Numbered from the stretch's first letter, positions 9,402-19,796 are shown. The stretch: DNA of 28,209 bases from Phycisphaerales bacterium (GCA_027451365.1 DAIDJN010000077.1:1-28209); one strand, 5' to 3'. The notes: generated by a model from the letters alone, not told the origin. Numbers and translations: made by a program.

Positions 9402-10394
9402 CTATGGAACGACTTCCACTCGGGAATATGGCCGGCGGATTGCCGCGTGAAGCCATCGCATGGCACGGCTGCTTACGCGCACCCCACCGGTCTGTGACCG
9501 CAGGCAGCGGATGACAAACGCCTGTTGAGTCGCGCCGGAAGAGGGTGCAAGGTCAATATGGTCCAGATTAATCGTGCCGCTCTGTTTGACCTGATAATAT
9601 TCGCCGGTGACACGGTAACGGCCCGGCACAGGCGGAAAAATGGCGTCCGCGCGCATCGGCAAAGACATGATAAACTGCGAACGTATGGACAAGTCTATTC
9701 TATTTGCATGTAAAACCAGAGTGACATCCACCGGGCCAAGCAGAATTTTGATTGCTTCTCCCGCATCCAGTGCCCGCGGATTTAATTGTGGATTAAGAAC
9801 GCGGAGCATGGCCGGTGTAATGCGGTAAATGTCCGCCAGATAATCCGGTGTCTGGCCGCGTTGGACCGTGATCAGCCGACACAGCGGATCCCCTGGCGCC
9901 AATGCGGAACTTAAAAGAGTCCGGCGGTTTATCCGGTTGAGAAGGGCGCGAATCAGATATGCCTGGTGCTCGCCGAGTCCGGCCACCTCCTTAAGCGCCC
10001 GATTCAGGAGATTCCTTGCCGTAATCGGATTCCCATTGGCAAGTTGCCGCTTAGCAAGTGTGAAGAGCTTTGCTGACCGCGTAATAGAGCCTGGAGCCAG
10101 AACCAACAGCACATCCGGATGGCGTTGCAGAAGCGTCACGGTGGGGTCTGTTTCTGCAGGTGTGTTTAAGCCGTCCGTCGGACCAATGGCCGGATGGGCG
10201 GCAGTGCCTTTGGTCGCGTCGACTTGCACTGAAGATTGTATTGAGGGTGTCGTTTTCCGATGAAGAGAATGCAGAATAGACCGTCGAATGCGCAGGGCCT
10301 GATAGGCACCGCCCGCAACCAGGACACTGACGAACAGCCACATCAGCCAATTGCCGAATGGCGTGTCTTTTCTGGTTTTCAAGCGATATCGCAT
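9402..10394 (-). CDS. Membrane-anchored LysM-domain protein with a degenerate L,D-transpeptidase (YkuD)-like C-terminus
   Basis: N-terminal TM segment (WLMWLFVSVLVAGGAY) and LysM-like TVQRGQTPDYLADIYRITPAMLRVLNPQLNPRALDAGEAIKI. The C-terminal beta-rich region follows the YkuD layout. Start moved to ATG 10394. Confidence 0.7.
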   Translation of the reverse strand: MRYRLKTRKDTPFGNWLMWLFVSVLVAGGAYQALRIRRSILHSLHRKTTPSIQSSVQVDATKGTAAHPAIGPTDGLNTPAETDPTVTLLQRHPDVLLVLAPGSITRSAKLFTLAKRQLANGNPITARNLLNRALKEVAGLGEHQAYLIRALLNRINRRTLLSSALAPGDPLCRLITVQRGQTPDYLADIYRITPAMLRVLNPQLNPRALDAGEAIKILLGPVDVTLVLHANRIDLSIRSQFIMSLPMRADAIFPPVPGRYRVTGEYYQVKQSGTINLDHIDLAPSSGATQQAFVIRCLRSQTGGVRVSSRAMRWLHAAIRRPYSRVEVVP

Positions 10395-10453
10395 CGGCGA
10401 ACCAGGTAAAAAAAAGCCTTCGTGCGGCACGTCTTTCCGGTTTTATACCGGAA

Positions 10454-11029
10454 TCAGTCGGTCGCACAATGAATCGTCCGCTTGTCGGTGACAATTATTT
10501 TCACCGGCACATCGTGCGGTTCAGCCGGTATAAAATCGGCCAGCAACTGTTCATCAAAACAAAGCGCCACGGTTACCGCCCGCAAATCCTTTTGCGGCAA
10601 AAAGCGATCATAAAAGCCTTTGCCACGGCCCACGCGATAGCCGCGTAAATCAAATGCCAGCCCCGGAACCGCGACGATATCTATCATGGAAAGTGACACC
10701 GGAGAACCGGTTTTCGGTTGCCGCAGTCCCTGGAAGTGTGGGCTGGCTTCCGTTTCCAGCGAATTGACTTCCACTGGTTCTATCAACCGTTCCTGCCAGA
10801 GGACGCGCGGCATCACTATGGATTTTCCCGCTTGCCAGGCGCTCAGGGCCAGAGCGGCGGTTTCCACCTCGGTCTTCATCGATAAAAACAGCATCACGCT
10901 TTGTGCGGCGCGGAACGCCGACGTTTCCTCCAGTCGGCGGCAAACCGCCAGCGACCGCGTGTGCCGATCTTCAGGTGTTATTTTTTTCAGGGTTTCCCGC
11001 ATTTGCGACCGTATCCTGTTTTTGTCCAT
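10454..11029 (-). CDS. ygfA: 5-formyltetrahydrofolate cyclo-ligase
   Basis: KNRIRSQMR N-terminus, EVET, VMPRV, QP, and the family signature VPGLAFDLRGYRVGRGKGFYDRFL...EPHDVPV. Confidence 0.93.
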   Translation of the reverse strand: MDKNRIRSQMRETLKKITPEDRHTRSLAVCRRLEETSAFRAAQSVMLFLSMKTEVETAALALSAWQAGKSIVMPRVLWQERLIEPVEVNSLETEASPHFQGLRQPKTGSPVSLSMIDIVAVPGLAFDLRGYRVGRGKGFYDRFLPQKDLRAVTVALCFDEQLLADFIPAEPHDVPVKIIVTDKRTIHCATD

Positions 11030-11361
11030 CTTCGCCGCCTTTCCGCCAACCCCTTGATTACGACATCCTTAAACAACACTGCGTCGGCCGCAGCATTCTG
11101 CCTGCCATGATGCTGCGCTATTCTAACCGAATTTATTGATGTTGTTATCCGTCGGCCAATCGCCCGATTTGCAGCTATGCGACCGAATGGGTCGGCATCG
11201 TTGGACAAGGATTGGCACGAGGCTGGATTCCGCATTTTCAAAGTCAGGTCCGCACAGCCAGATTAACGCGCCTCTCATCGTCATCGCGGGGATGGGTGTG
11301 CGAACGAGCCTGCCTCGCGACGCTTCAAAGATTTTTTCGCGATCGGGAGGGCCAAATGTAT

Positions 11362-11982
11362 TTAATTCGGCGCAATGGTCGCTATGTCGGCCGGGGTGCA
11401 CCCTGTGAAGCGCTGTGCCAGGACGGTGATCTGTTCCTGGCAATCACATAAAAGATGCTGCACATTCGTATCATCAAGCTGCAGGCCGGTGGCGGCGTCG
11501 CGGATAAGCAACTGTGCCGCCCGATATAGATAAGTCGCCACCGCACGGATTTCGTTGGCGGTGGTTTCACTTACCAGCGCTCCAAATGCGGCGGCATGAT
11601 GCACCGCCGGCAGGGTCAGCGGGTCGAGCTGTGCATGCACCGCACTGGTCCATTCCCAACGCCGGGATTGTTCCCATAGCGCGGTCCCGGTTCGCAGCGA
11701 AGCGGCACACAAATCTGTTGGAAGCTTTTTCGTGGAAAGCAATTGCATCAATTCCCGAAACGGGGCGATATCTCCAGCGCGTGCGGCGCGAAAGGCGATA
11801 CCGGCCGCGATGCCCTCGGATGGGCCAATGACGTTCTTCAGTATTGCGGTCATGCCGCCTCGTACCATGTCCAGGGAATGTGGTGAAGTGATCCAGTCGG
11901 ATTCCAGACGGGTGAAATAAGTGGCATAACCGCTTTCCGCAGTGGATGGGGCAACCAATTGCAGCATTCCGGCCAGATTCAT
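11362..11982 (-). CDS. Divergent UreF-like (urease accessory fold) protein
   Basis: MLQLVAPSTAESGYATYFTRLE resembles UreF LQLADSxxPxGxYxxSxGLE. LCAASLRTGTALW, HHAAAFGAL, YLY and LQLDDTNVQHLL follow the UreF helix pattern. RBS GGAG before ATG 11982. Confidence 0.6.
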   Translation of the reverse strand: MNLAGMLQLVAPSTAESGYATYFTRLESDWITSPHSLDMVRGGMTAILKNVIGPSEGIAAGIAFRAARAGDIAPFRELMQLLSTKKLPTDLCAASLRTGTALWEQSRRWEWTSAVHAQLDPLTLPAVHHAAAFGALVSETTANEIRAVATYLYRAAQLLIRDAATGLQLDDTNVQHLLCDCQEQITVLAQRFTGCTPADIATIAPN

Positions 11983-12130
11983 AAACGAAACTCCAATCAC
12001 CCTTCCGGGCAGTTCCCATTTCGTTTCACTCCGTCAACTATTCTATCGGTCAGGCGGCAATTTTCCCAACATATTCTTCCCGCTTCGGCAGCCAAACGGG
12101 CCGTGCCAAGACCGGGGTTTCAGGTGGACC

Positions 12131-14104
12131 TCAGGCATAGCTGTGCAACCCGACCAGGAAAAAATTTACGCCGATCCAGTTAAACATCATGACCAGGAAT
12201 CCAACAATCGAAAGCCACGCTGTCCAGTCGGATCGGTATTTTGGCGAAACAAACCGCAAATGCACAATAATCAGATAGACGAGCCAGGTGACCAGAGCAA
12301 AGGTTTCCTTCGGGTCCCATCCCCAGGGCCGGCCCCAACTGTAATCCGCCCATACGGCTCCAAAGATAATTCCGGTTCCCAAAAACCAGAACGCCATTTG
12401 CAGCACAATGATATTGGCCTGATCCAGCCGGGTCAGAAATCCGAGGCGCTGCTCCGTAAGTTCGGCGGCCAGTTGTTCCGGTGTTTTTGATCCGCCGTAA
12501 CCCGTCGGACCAGACGGATATCCGCCGCCGCCACCGGCCATGGCCAAGGCCGGGCCACCGACCGTGGCGAATTTGAAGCGGTTTTGAATTACAAGCGACG
12601 CGGGCGTATTTGAATAATGCAATTTTGTAAACAAGTACACAAGTCCAAGACAAAAACTTGCGCCGATCAGCGCGTAGCTGCTGATGACGACATTCACATG
12701 AATGTAAAGCCAATAGGTGTTCAGCACACCATCCACATGGCTGATGTTGGCACCAATGCTTTTGCCCAGCACGAACGGCACCACGAAACAGGCTGTCATG
12801 GCCAGAAAGCCGACAAAACTGAACGCCAGTCCGAACAGACTGTTGCGTTTCCAGTATTCCAGTATAAGCCCGACGACGCAGCCGATGAATGCCGATCCGA
12901 GCACGCTCTCAAATTCGTTCTGAATCGGAATGCGTCCGGCCAGCCACCAGCGGATGCCCATGAATGTCGCATGAAGCAGCACCGCGAGGGTAAAAAATAT
13001 AATCGCCGGTTTGCGCGCCGCGGGGTATGCGCCGGTTGCGGCAATCAGAAACAGCGTCAGAGATATAAAATAAAAAAATACGCCAATCAGCGTTCCATTG
13101 AATACGCGGTTGTACCACACTTCCACAAACCGCTTTGCATATTCCGGGTAGACCGTCGGATTCACCGCGGGCAGCGCCACGGCAAGCTGGTGTATCCCCG
13201 CGTTTGCTTCTGACACATTGTTGCTGGTCCAGCCATATCCAAGGTCCACATAGGCCAGGGTAACGGCTTTGGCGGTTGCAGTGCTGTAACCAGGCAGCGG
13301 CTTGGCGGCCTTCAGGTTTGGTGCAATCGTACCGATCATTTTTCCAAGATTCGGCAGAAGTCGAATCGGCTCAACCCATCGCCCGTGCGGATCGCTTTTT
13401 GCGGGGGGCACAATCGCAAGTTGCTGTCCCAGGGTTTGAAAAGTCTGCATGGCAATGCTGATCTGCTGCACCGAGGAACTCAGAACGGACTGTGATCCGA
13501 TCTGAATCAGCAACTTTCGCACTTCCGGATTGGCAAGAAACACCGGGCTGACTGTTCCCTGTTCCAGAATGCGCTTCGCCTCCCGAGGGCTTACCAGTTT
13601 GCCCAGACGCTCGCGTATCGGCACCGCCATTATGTAGATGAAATTGCGGTTGTCCCAGGCCTGCGGCCGAAAGGCCATATCCAATGCCGTATAGAGCGGT
13701 TTTTCACCATTGATGGAACTGTAGCCGCAGATTGCATGAATAGACTCCCGCGCCCAGGTATCCAGGGTTTTAAGTTCATCATTGTTCTGAATCGTCAACA
13801 TTTCCAGCGCGCTTAAATGAATCCCTTTTTTGAATATTGTCCGATTTTGATTGACGATATCGCTGGTTTCCCGCATGCGAGATTTGCTCGGAATCGGGTT
13901 GACCTGGGGCGAACCAGGCCCAATGACCGGATGCCCCATCGGAAGTTTTGGCACGGCCGCTTCATCCACCTTAATCACCGCACCGCCTGCCACGCCCGGC
14001 AGTGCCGCCGTTATGGCGGTCAACAGGATCACAAGAGACGCCATAAATTGAATCCGCACATGCCCGGCCCGTGCAACGCTACGTCGAAGATTAAAACCCA
14101 TCAT
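12131..14104 (-). CDS. ccsA: Cytochrome c biogenesis protein CcsA/ResC (system II)
   Basis: WWD domain WADYSWGRPWGWDPKETFALVTW, YWLYIHV, C-terminal GLHSYA, and GRIPIQNEFES. Confidence 0.93.
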   Translation of the reverse strand: MMGFNLRRSVARAGHVRIQFMASLVILLTAITAALPGVAGGAVIKVDEAAVPKLPMGHPVIGPGSPQVNPIPSKSRMRETSDIVNQNRTIFKKGIHLSALEMLTIQNNDELKTLDTWARESIHAICGYSSINGEKPLYTALDMAFRPQAWDNRNFIYIMAVPIRERLGKLVSPREAKRILEQGTVSPVFLANPEVRKLLIQIGSQSVLSSSVQQISIAMQTFQTLGQQLAIVPPAKSDPHGRWVEPIRLLPNLGKMIGTIAPNLKAAKPLPGYSTATAKAVTLAYVDLGYGWTSNNVSEANAGIHQLAVALPAVNPTVYPEYAKRFVEVWYNRVFNGTLIGVFFYFISLTLFLIAATGAYPAARKPAIIFFTLAVLLHATFMGIRWWLAGRIPIQNEFESVLGSAFIGCVVGLILEYWKRNSLFGLAFSFVGFLAMTACFVVPFVLGKSIGANISHVDGVLNTYWLYIHVNVVISSYALIGASFCLGLVYLFTKLHYSNTPASLVIQNRFKFATVGGPALAMAGGGGGYPSGPTGYGGSKTPEQLAAELTEQRLGFLTRLDQANIIVLQMAFWFLGTGIIFGAVWADYSWGRPWGWDPKETFALVTWLVYLIIVHLRFVSPKYRSDWTAWLSIVGFLVMMFNWIGVNFFLVGLHSYA

Positions 14105-14128
14105 GAAACTCCAGGTAAGCTGCCACCG

Positions 14129-16294
14129 TCAGACGGAGGCATTTGTGTGTGTTGAAGATTTTTGCAGACGCGCGGCGTATGCAGCCAGTTGCTTCTTTTT
14201 AATATTAAGCAGAATCGGCTTGATGTAAAACGCATAGCCGATCCCCAGTATCACCATGATCACGCCCACCAGCATGGCATAAAATCCGTGCGTGTTGCCC
14301 ACGCCCAGAACGGTAAATGGACTGCCCGTCGCCGGATCGTGGCCGAAGCGGGCCTGAAACAGATGCAGCCCGTCCGCCTGTGCCGGGTGATTCAAATGAA
14401 TGACGGCAATTTTGTTTTGGCCGGTCTTATCGTTGGTCATACGAACCTTGCTGATAAAATCTCGCGGGAAATTCTCGCCGCCGCTGTAAAAAAGTTCCTT
14501 GCACGCCATCAGTTTAAGGGTCACCGGCAGCGGTCGCTCTAACTGGGAAAAAATAAAATCGGCGGTTTGTCCGTTCCCCATTCGCACTTTAGCCGGTGGC
14601 AAATCTCCGGACAGGCCAAATTGCTGGTATTGCAGGTAAATAGACTCCGGGCGGCGATCCGGTCGCGTAAGTTGGAGTTCTAGAACGCATTTGCCCATGG
14701 TGTTTTCCACCTTTGGCCGCCGATCTGCCGGTGGAATGAGTTCCGGTCTGAAACGCATATCCGCATCCGACTGAAGGCTGAACTGCACCGGCATGCCCTG
14801 AACTACGACTGGCGCATTAGACCCGAGTTTCATAGGCTGAACCGATACTTTTCCACCCGCGGCACGATGCACCAGGGTAAAGGTTCCGTTTTTGTGTTCC
14901 ACGACCCAGAATTGGTCGCGGGCAGCATCAAGATAGCGAATATGCAACTGGTGGTCGATTTTATTGGGAATCAATTCGCGCTTGCCATGTTTCAAAATAA
15001 AATCCACAGTGCGCGTCGGATAGCGGAAAAGAGCCACCCGCTGAAACTTAAATAGTCCGCCAGCATCTGTTCGCGTCACGTTAATCATGTAGCATTGGCT
15101 GGTTGCCCCCAGATAACCGGGCGATCGAAGCGGCATGGTGATTTTTGCAACTGGCAAAAGTGTGTAAGGTGTACCTTTGACGACAATTGGCGTATTGGGT
15201 TTTATAATATAAACCCGGCGGACATGATCTTTGGGAACATTGACGATAATGGCATTAGTGCCATGAAAACTGGTGGTAATGTCCCGCTGCCGCCGCGCCG
15301 AGGGATGATAAAGATATTCAATGCCAAATGGAGAACCGCGGTCCATTACCCGCCCTGCGGGCAACTTTCCCAGCAGCCATTGCGCCCCGCTGCTTACTCC
15401 GCCGGCGCTTAAATTCACCGCGATGGCCGGATTGTGCGGTGCATGATTCACCGGCCGGCTAAATGGCGTCGGCGCAATTTCCGAATATGGGTAATATCCC
15501 ACAATGGCCACATGCGCGTGTACCCAGGCGGGGTTGAGTCGGCTAAGATCCTTGGCTGGAATGGGAATATTCAGTGGAGTGTCGCCGGGGGATCGCTTTT
15601 TGAAAATAGGCAGTTGCGGCAGTCCGACCATGACATGCCGCTTATTTTGTGGGTTCACAATATAGAGCGCGCGAACCGAAGAATCATAATAGTGGTTCAC
15701 CTTCTGGTTTAGAAATATGCGGACCATTCCCTCATGTTTCATGCCGAAGTAAAAAAAACAGCCGATCACCAGCGTAATAATGCCCGTATGCACCGTCCAG
15801 ACGCCAAGTTTGTAAAGCGAAAGCCTGATTCGCCGCAAAGTGACCACGGTAAGTGTGGTAATCAGCAGAAGCATCAGGATGACCATGGGAAACGCGTCGA
15901 AAAATTCCATGCTCGTGACATCAAACGCCGAGCGCACCCACGGCATTCCGGAACCGATTGCAATGTATGTTGCAGTAAGAAATAGCCAAACCAGTCCCAA
16001 CTGCACGGAACTGAAGAACCAGACAATCCTGCCGATCGGACCGCGCCGCGCTGCAAGCCGGTCTAGCGCGCTGCCAATGGCCGCCGGGTACTGGCCAAGC
16101 CGGTTAAAGAACCGCTCAATGGCCCATTGGGGCGGTGCCGAGCCGGCCAGTTTTGCCGAGGACCCGGTTGGTACTTTCGAGGTGGATCCGATATTTGCAG
16201 TATGCGATGGGGCAAGATTGGCGTCGGAATTTAGATTCTCGGCGTCCGAGGATTCCGGTATGGCGCAATTGGAGTCCGGGTTTGTAACCGTCAT
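14129..16294 (-). CDS. ResB/Ccs1-like cytochrome c biogenesis protein (system II)
   Basis: Three N-terminal TMs with conserved His (GVWTVHTGII), a large periplasmic domain, PRDFISKV...IHLNHP...LFQ and a C-terminal TM. Directly upstream of ccsA on the same strand. Start moved to ATG 16294. Confidence 0.8.
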   Translation of the reverse strand: MTVTNPDSNCAIPESSDAENLNSDANLAPSHTANIGSTSKVPTGSSAKLAGSAPPQWAIERFFNRLGQYPAAIGSALDRLAARRGPIGRIVWFFSSVQLGLVWLFLTATYIAIGSGMPWVRSAFDVTSMEFFDAFPMVILMLLLITTLTVVTLRRIRLSLYKLGVWTVHTGIITLVIGCFFYFGMKHEGMVRIFLNQKVNHYYDSSVRALYIVNPQNKRHVMVGLPQLPIFKKRSPGDTPLNIPIPAKDLSRLNPAWVHAHVAIVGYYPYSEIAPTPFSRPVNHAPHNPAIAVNLSAGGVSSGAQWLLGKLPAGRVMDRGSPFGIEYLYHPSARRQRDITTSFHGTNAIIVNVPKDHVRRVYIIKPNTPIVVKGTPYTLLPVAKITMPLRSPGYLGATSQCYMINVTRTDAGGLFKFQRVALFRYPTRTVDFILKHGKRELIPNKIDHQLHIRYLDAARDQFWVVEHKNGTFTLVHRAAGGKVSVQPMKLGSNAPVVVQGMPVQFSLQSDADMRFRPELIPPADRRPKVENTMGKCVLELQLTRPDRRPESIYLQYQQFGLSGDLPPAKVRMGNGQTADFIFSQLERPLPVTLKLMACKELFYSGGENFPRDFISKVRMTNDKTGQNKIAVIHLNHPAQADGLHLFQARFGHDPATGSPFTVLGVGNTHGFYAMLVGVIMVILGIGYAFYIKPILLNIKKKQLAAYAARLQKSSTHTNASV

Positions 16295-16731
16295 GAAAGC
16301 CTCTTCCGCATTGATTCCGGGTAGCCCGGCTATCCGGGTCCCCATTCCAAAACGCTATGTTAGCAAATGGTCGGCGCAAAGTCTTGTGAAAATAATCACA
16401 AATCCAATACGTTGGTCGGAATCATATTGTTTGAATATGTCGCTTTTGTGGAAAATGCAAAGAAATTAATCGAAGTGCCGGAGTTCGCCTGATGCTTGCT
16501 GAATCAGGCCTTAATCGCAAAATTTGCACTTAACAGGCCGACGGTAAAGTCGGCGGGATTAAGCGATCCTTGCGCCGAGCAAAGCAAACCAAAATGTTAG
16601 CGGCTGGTAAAGACTTGGTAAGCAAACCAGTAAACTTTGCGCAATGGTCTTGACGCGACCTGGCACTGCGGTAATTGTTAACACTATTGCAGGTTTCGGT
16701 TGGTTTCCAACCTGTTTGGGTGGAGTTTTAT

Positions 16732-17436
16732 ATGTCCCGAAAAAAACGGATTTTAGTGGTCGATGATGAACGCGACCTGGTTGATTTAATTTCCATGAAT
16801 CTCCAGCGACACGGCTATGAGGTTCTGACCGCCCACGATGGCAAAATGGGACTGGAATTGGCGCGTAAGCAGGGGCCTGATCTTATCCTTCTGGACCTTA
16901 TGATGCCTGGCCTGACTGGTCAGGAAGTCGCCACCCGGCTTAAGGGTGATCCGCAAACAGCCACACTGCCCATTCTGATGCTTACGGCGCGTGGCGAAGA
17001 AACAGACATCATCGTCGGGCTTTCCCTGGGTGCCGACGACTATGTGACCAAACCCTTTTCAATGAAAGTGCTGATGGCCCGCGTGGCCGCGGTGTTGCGA
17101 CGCAAGGCGGGCGCGGAGTCATCACAGCAGATGATCACAAACGGCCCGATGATTATTGACCCGGCGCGCCACGAGATTACATTGGAAGGTCGCCCGATAA
17201 GTGTCACGCCCACCGAATTCAAATTGCTTAGCGCGCTGGCCAACGCCCGCGGACGGGTTCTTTCCAGGGACCAGCTAACCGATCGTATTATGGGGGCCGG
17301 CGTTCTGGTGACCGACCGCGCGATTGATGTGCATGTAACAGCGGTTCGCAAAAAGCTTGGCGACTGGCAATGGATGGTTCATACTGTCCGCGGTGTTGGT
17401 TACCGGCTACTGGAAACCCTTGAAGAGGAAGGATAA
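16732..17436 (+). CDS. OmpR/PhoB-family response regulator (PhoB/PhoP-like)
   Basis: ILVVDDE, DLILLDLMMPG, MLTARGEETD, ADDYVTKPFS and winged-helix TPTEFKLL...IDVHV...TVRGVGY. RBS GGAG before ATG 16732. Confidence 0.92.
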   Translation: MSRKKRILVVDDERDLVDLISMNLQRHGYEVLTAHDGKMGLELARKQGPDLILLDLMMPGLTGQEVATRLKGDPQTATLPILMLTARGEETDIIVGLSLGADDYVTKPFSMKVLMARVAAVLRRKAGAESSQQMITNGPMIIDPARHEITLEGRPISVTPTEFKLLSALANARGRVLSRDQLTDRIMGAGVLVTDRAIDVHVTAVRKKLGDWQWMVHTVRGVGYRLLETLEEEG

Positions 17437-17627
17437 CGCTCCGATTTACGGGTCGCTGGAAGCTGGCCCGTTGATAATATCTTGAATGAATTTGTGCACC
17501 ATCCGTCTCAATTGCGCAGCGTATCGAAATGTGGATCGCTTTTGCCCCGGTTCGTTCCGACACGACCGCACTGGACAGAAAATTTGTTCCGGGGATGATG
17601 GTCATGCCGAAATAACGCCGTCGATTC

Positions 17628-19100
17628 ATGAAGCGGGTCATGTACGGGCGTTATTGTGCGTTCAGGATTGCTGGCTCCATGGCATTGAATTTGACTATTT
17701 TGACTTTTTCACAGGTACCCCTTTCCCCGGCCGCGTGGCTGGCTGTTGCCGCGGCGGTCATTCTGGGATTGGTGGTGATGATGGCGGTGGGGGGGTGGCG
17801 GCGGCGCTATATTTACAAACGGATGATTGAAACTCTTGAAGCGATGGACCGCGGCGGCGCGGCCCGTAAGTTGCATCTGCTGGAAGCTGGCGAACTTGGC
17901 CAGATCGGGCGTTTAATAGATTCGCTATCCGTGGTGGGTGCCGCGGAACGCGAGCATATGCGGAGGCAAGGCAGTTGCCTTCAGGCGCTCCTTGCCGGAT
18001 TGGAACAGCCAGTGCTTGTTGTCAATATGGAAGGCAACGTGGAACTGGCGAATCCCCGTGCCACGGAAATTCTATCCGTTTCACCTGATTCACCAAACAG
18101 TGTGACCGGCGGCTTCGGTGAACTTCTGCGGAATTCCCAGATTGTCGAATTAATGCAGTTGGCAAAATCAGGCCACGCGCCTCCGGTGCGACAGGTTCGC
18201 TTGAACATGCTCTCGGGGATGCGCACCATGCGTGTTTCCATTCGGCCGATTCTGGAGGAAAAAAAGATAACGGGTCTGTTGCTTCTTCTGGATGACCAGA
18301 CCGATTTTATTCAAAACACGCAGATCAAGGCGGATTTTGCCGCCAATGCCAGTCATGAACTCCGAACGCCGCTGGCCAGTATTCGCGCCGCAGTGGAAAC
18401 AATTAATGAAACCGGGTTGGAAGAAGCGGAAATTGTTCGCCGCTGCCTCAGCATCATTGAAGGCCATGTTCTGCGGCTGCAACTGCTGGTGCAGGACCTC
18501 TTGGATCTATCCCGCACGGAAGACCCCCGCGCGCTTATTCGAACCGAAGAAATTGACCTGGAAGAAGTCCGTCCGGTTATTCTGGATATGTTCGGCTCGC
18601 TTGCCGCGGATAAAAATCTGGCCCTTCGATTCATTATCGCGCCCGACGCCCGTATCATGCGCGGTGATGAACGGCTGATCATGCTGATTCTCAAAAATCT
18701 CATCGATAACAGTCTTAAATTTACCGCCACTGGATTTGTCGAAGTCCGCTGGCGCCGGCAGATGCGGGCCACACTTCTGCCCGCCGTGCCAGCCGAAAAT
18801 TCGTTGCATTCTCAACCCCGACTCCCGGGCACAGTGGAAGTGCTCGTGCTGGAAGTTCAGGATACCGGTTGCGGCATACCCGTTGAAGATATTCACCGGG
18901 TTTTTGAACGGTTTTATACAGTCAATCGCAGCCGGGGGGGAGCCGATAGGGGCACAGGCCTGGGCTTGGCTATCGTCAAACACGCCGTTGCGGCCATGGG
19001 GGGAGCGGTGGAACTTGACAGCCAACCGGGCGTTGGAACTACAATGCGCTGCCTGTGGCCTATCGCGCAATCCGCCGTGACGAAAGCCGGCCCCACATGA
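17628..19100 (+). CDS. PhoR-like sensor histidine kinase (TM, PAS, HisKA, HATPase)
   Basis: H box ANASHELRTPL, N box NLIDNSLKF, G1 DTGCGIP, F box VFERFY, G2 GTGLGLAIVKH, and PAS-like VLVVNMEGNVELANP. The start may be 17679. Confidence 0.9.
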   Translation: MKRVMYGRYCAFRIAGSMALNLTILTFSQVPLSPAAWLAVAAAVILGLVVMMAVGGWRRRYIYKRMIETLEAMDRGGAARKLHLLEAGELGQIGRLIDSLSVVGAAEREHMRRQGSCLQALLAGLEQPVLVVNMEGNVELANPRATEILSVSPDSPNSVTGGFGELLRNSQIVELMQLAKSGHAPPVRQVRLNMLSGMRTMRVSIRPILEEKKITGLLLLLDDQTDFIQNTQIKADFAANASHELRTPLASIRAAVETINETGLEEAEIVRRCLSIIEGHVLRLQLLVQDLLDLSRTEDPRALIRTEEIDLEEVRPVILDMFGSLAADKNLALRFIIAPDARIMRGDERLIMLILKNLIDNSLKFTATGFVEVRWRRQMRATLLPAVPAENSLHSQPRLPGTVEVLVLEVQDTGCGIPVEDIHRVFERFYTVNRSRGGADRGTGLGLAIVKHAVAAMGGAVELDSQPGVGTTMRCLWPIAQSAVTKAGPT

Positions 19101-19305
19101 AACCCGTCAATTGCCATTTAATCGCGTTAGTAAATAAAAGCGGCATTTTTAACAATGCCGTTGGAATGGGCGTGGATTTCATCGGGGGCAAGGCTTACCG
19201 GAGATTGTCACATACGAAATAAGACATTTTGTCATGAAAGGCATTGGATTGTCCGCGGCTGGTTCGTTACACTTGCCATTGGCTTTATACATGGAGAACA
19301 GCCTG

Positions 19306-19791
19306 ATGCTCAAGGAAATACGTGGTTCGCTTAGGGTTTTGCCCAATCAGAAATTTGCCATTGTCACCGCCGAATTTAACAGCCTTATCACAAGTCGGCT
19401 GGCGGCTGCGGCAGTAGATGCATTGCAGCGGCATGGGGCGGCTGATTCACAAATTTTGCAGGTCTGGGTGCCTGGCAGCTTGGAATTGGCCACCGTGGCC
19501 CGCCGTCTGGCCGAAGAGGGCGCATATGCGGCGGTTATCTGCCTTGGCTGTATCATTCGCGGTCAAACTGGCCATTACGACCATGTCGCCGGTCAATCGG
19601 CCAGTCAGATCGCCGCCATTGGCCCGCAAACAGGCGTGCCGGCACTTTTTGGTGTGATCACTGCCGACACTGTCGAACAGGCCATGGACCGCGCCGGGCT
19701 TAAAATGGGGAATATTGGCTGGGTCTCGGCCTGCAGCGCGATTGAAATGGCCAGCGTCATGGCTGAATTAAAAAAACAATCAGATAAATAA
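19306..19791 (+). CDS. ribH: 6,7-dimethyl-8-ribityllumazine synthase
   Basis: FAIVTAEFNSLIT, VPGSLEL, LGCIIRGQTGHYDHV and FGVIT...EQAMDRAG. RBS GGAG at 19293. Confidence 0.95.
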   Translation: MLKEIRGSLRVLPNQKFAIVTAEFNSLITSRLAAAAVDALQRHGAADSQILQVWVPGSLELATVARRLAEEGAYAAVICLGCIIRGQTGHYDHVAGQSASQIAAIGPQTGVPALFGVITADTVEQAMDRAGLKMGNIGWVSACSAIEMASVMAELKKQSDK

Positions 19792-19796
19792 AGGAT

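Noticed and set aside
11030..11361. 6S RNA upstream of 5-formyl-THF cyclo-ligase (common synteny)
   Set aside because: I could not find a long rod-like hairpin with a central bubble, only short stems such as GCAGCAT/ATGCTGC. An Rfam scan would be needed to exclude it fully.
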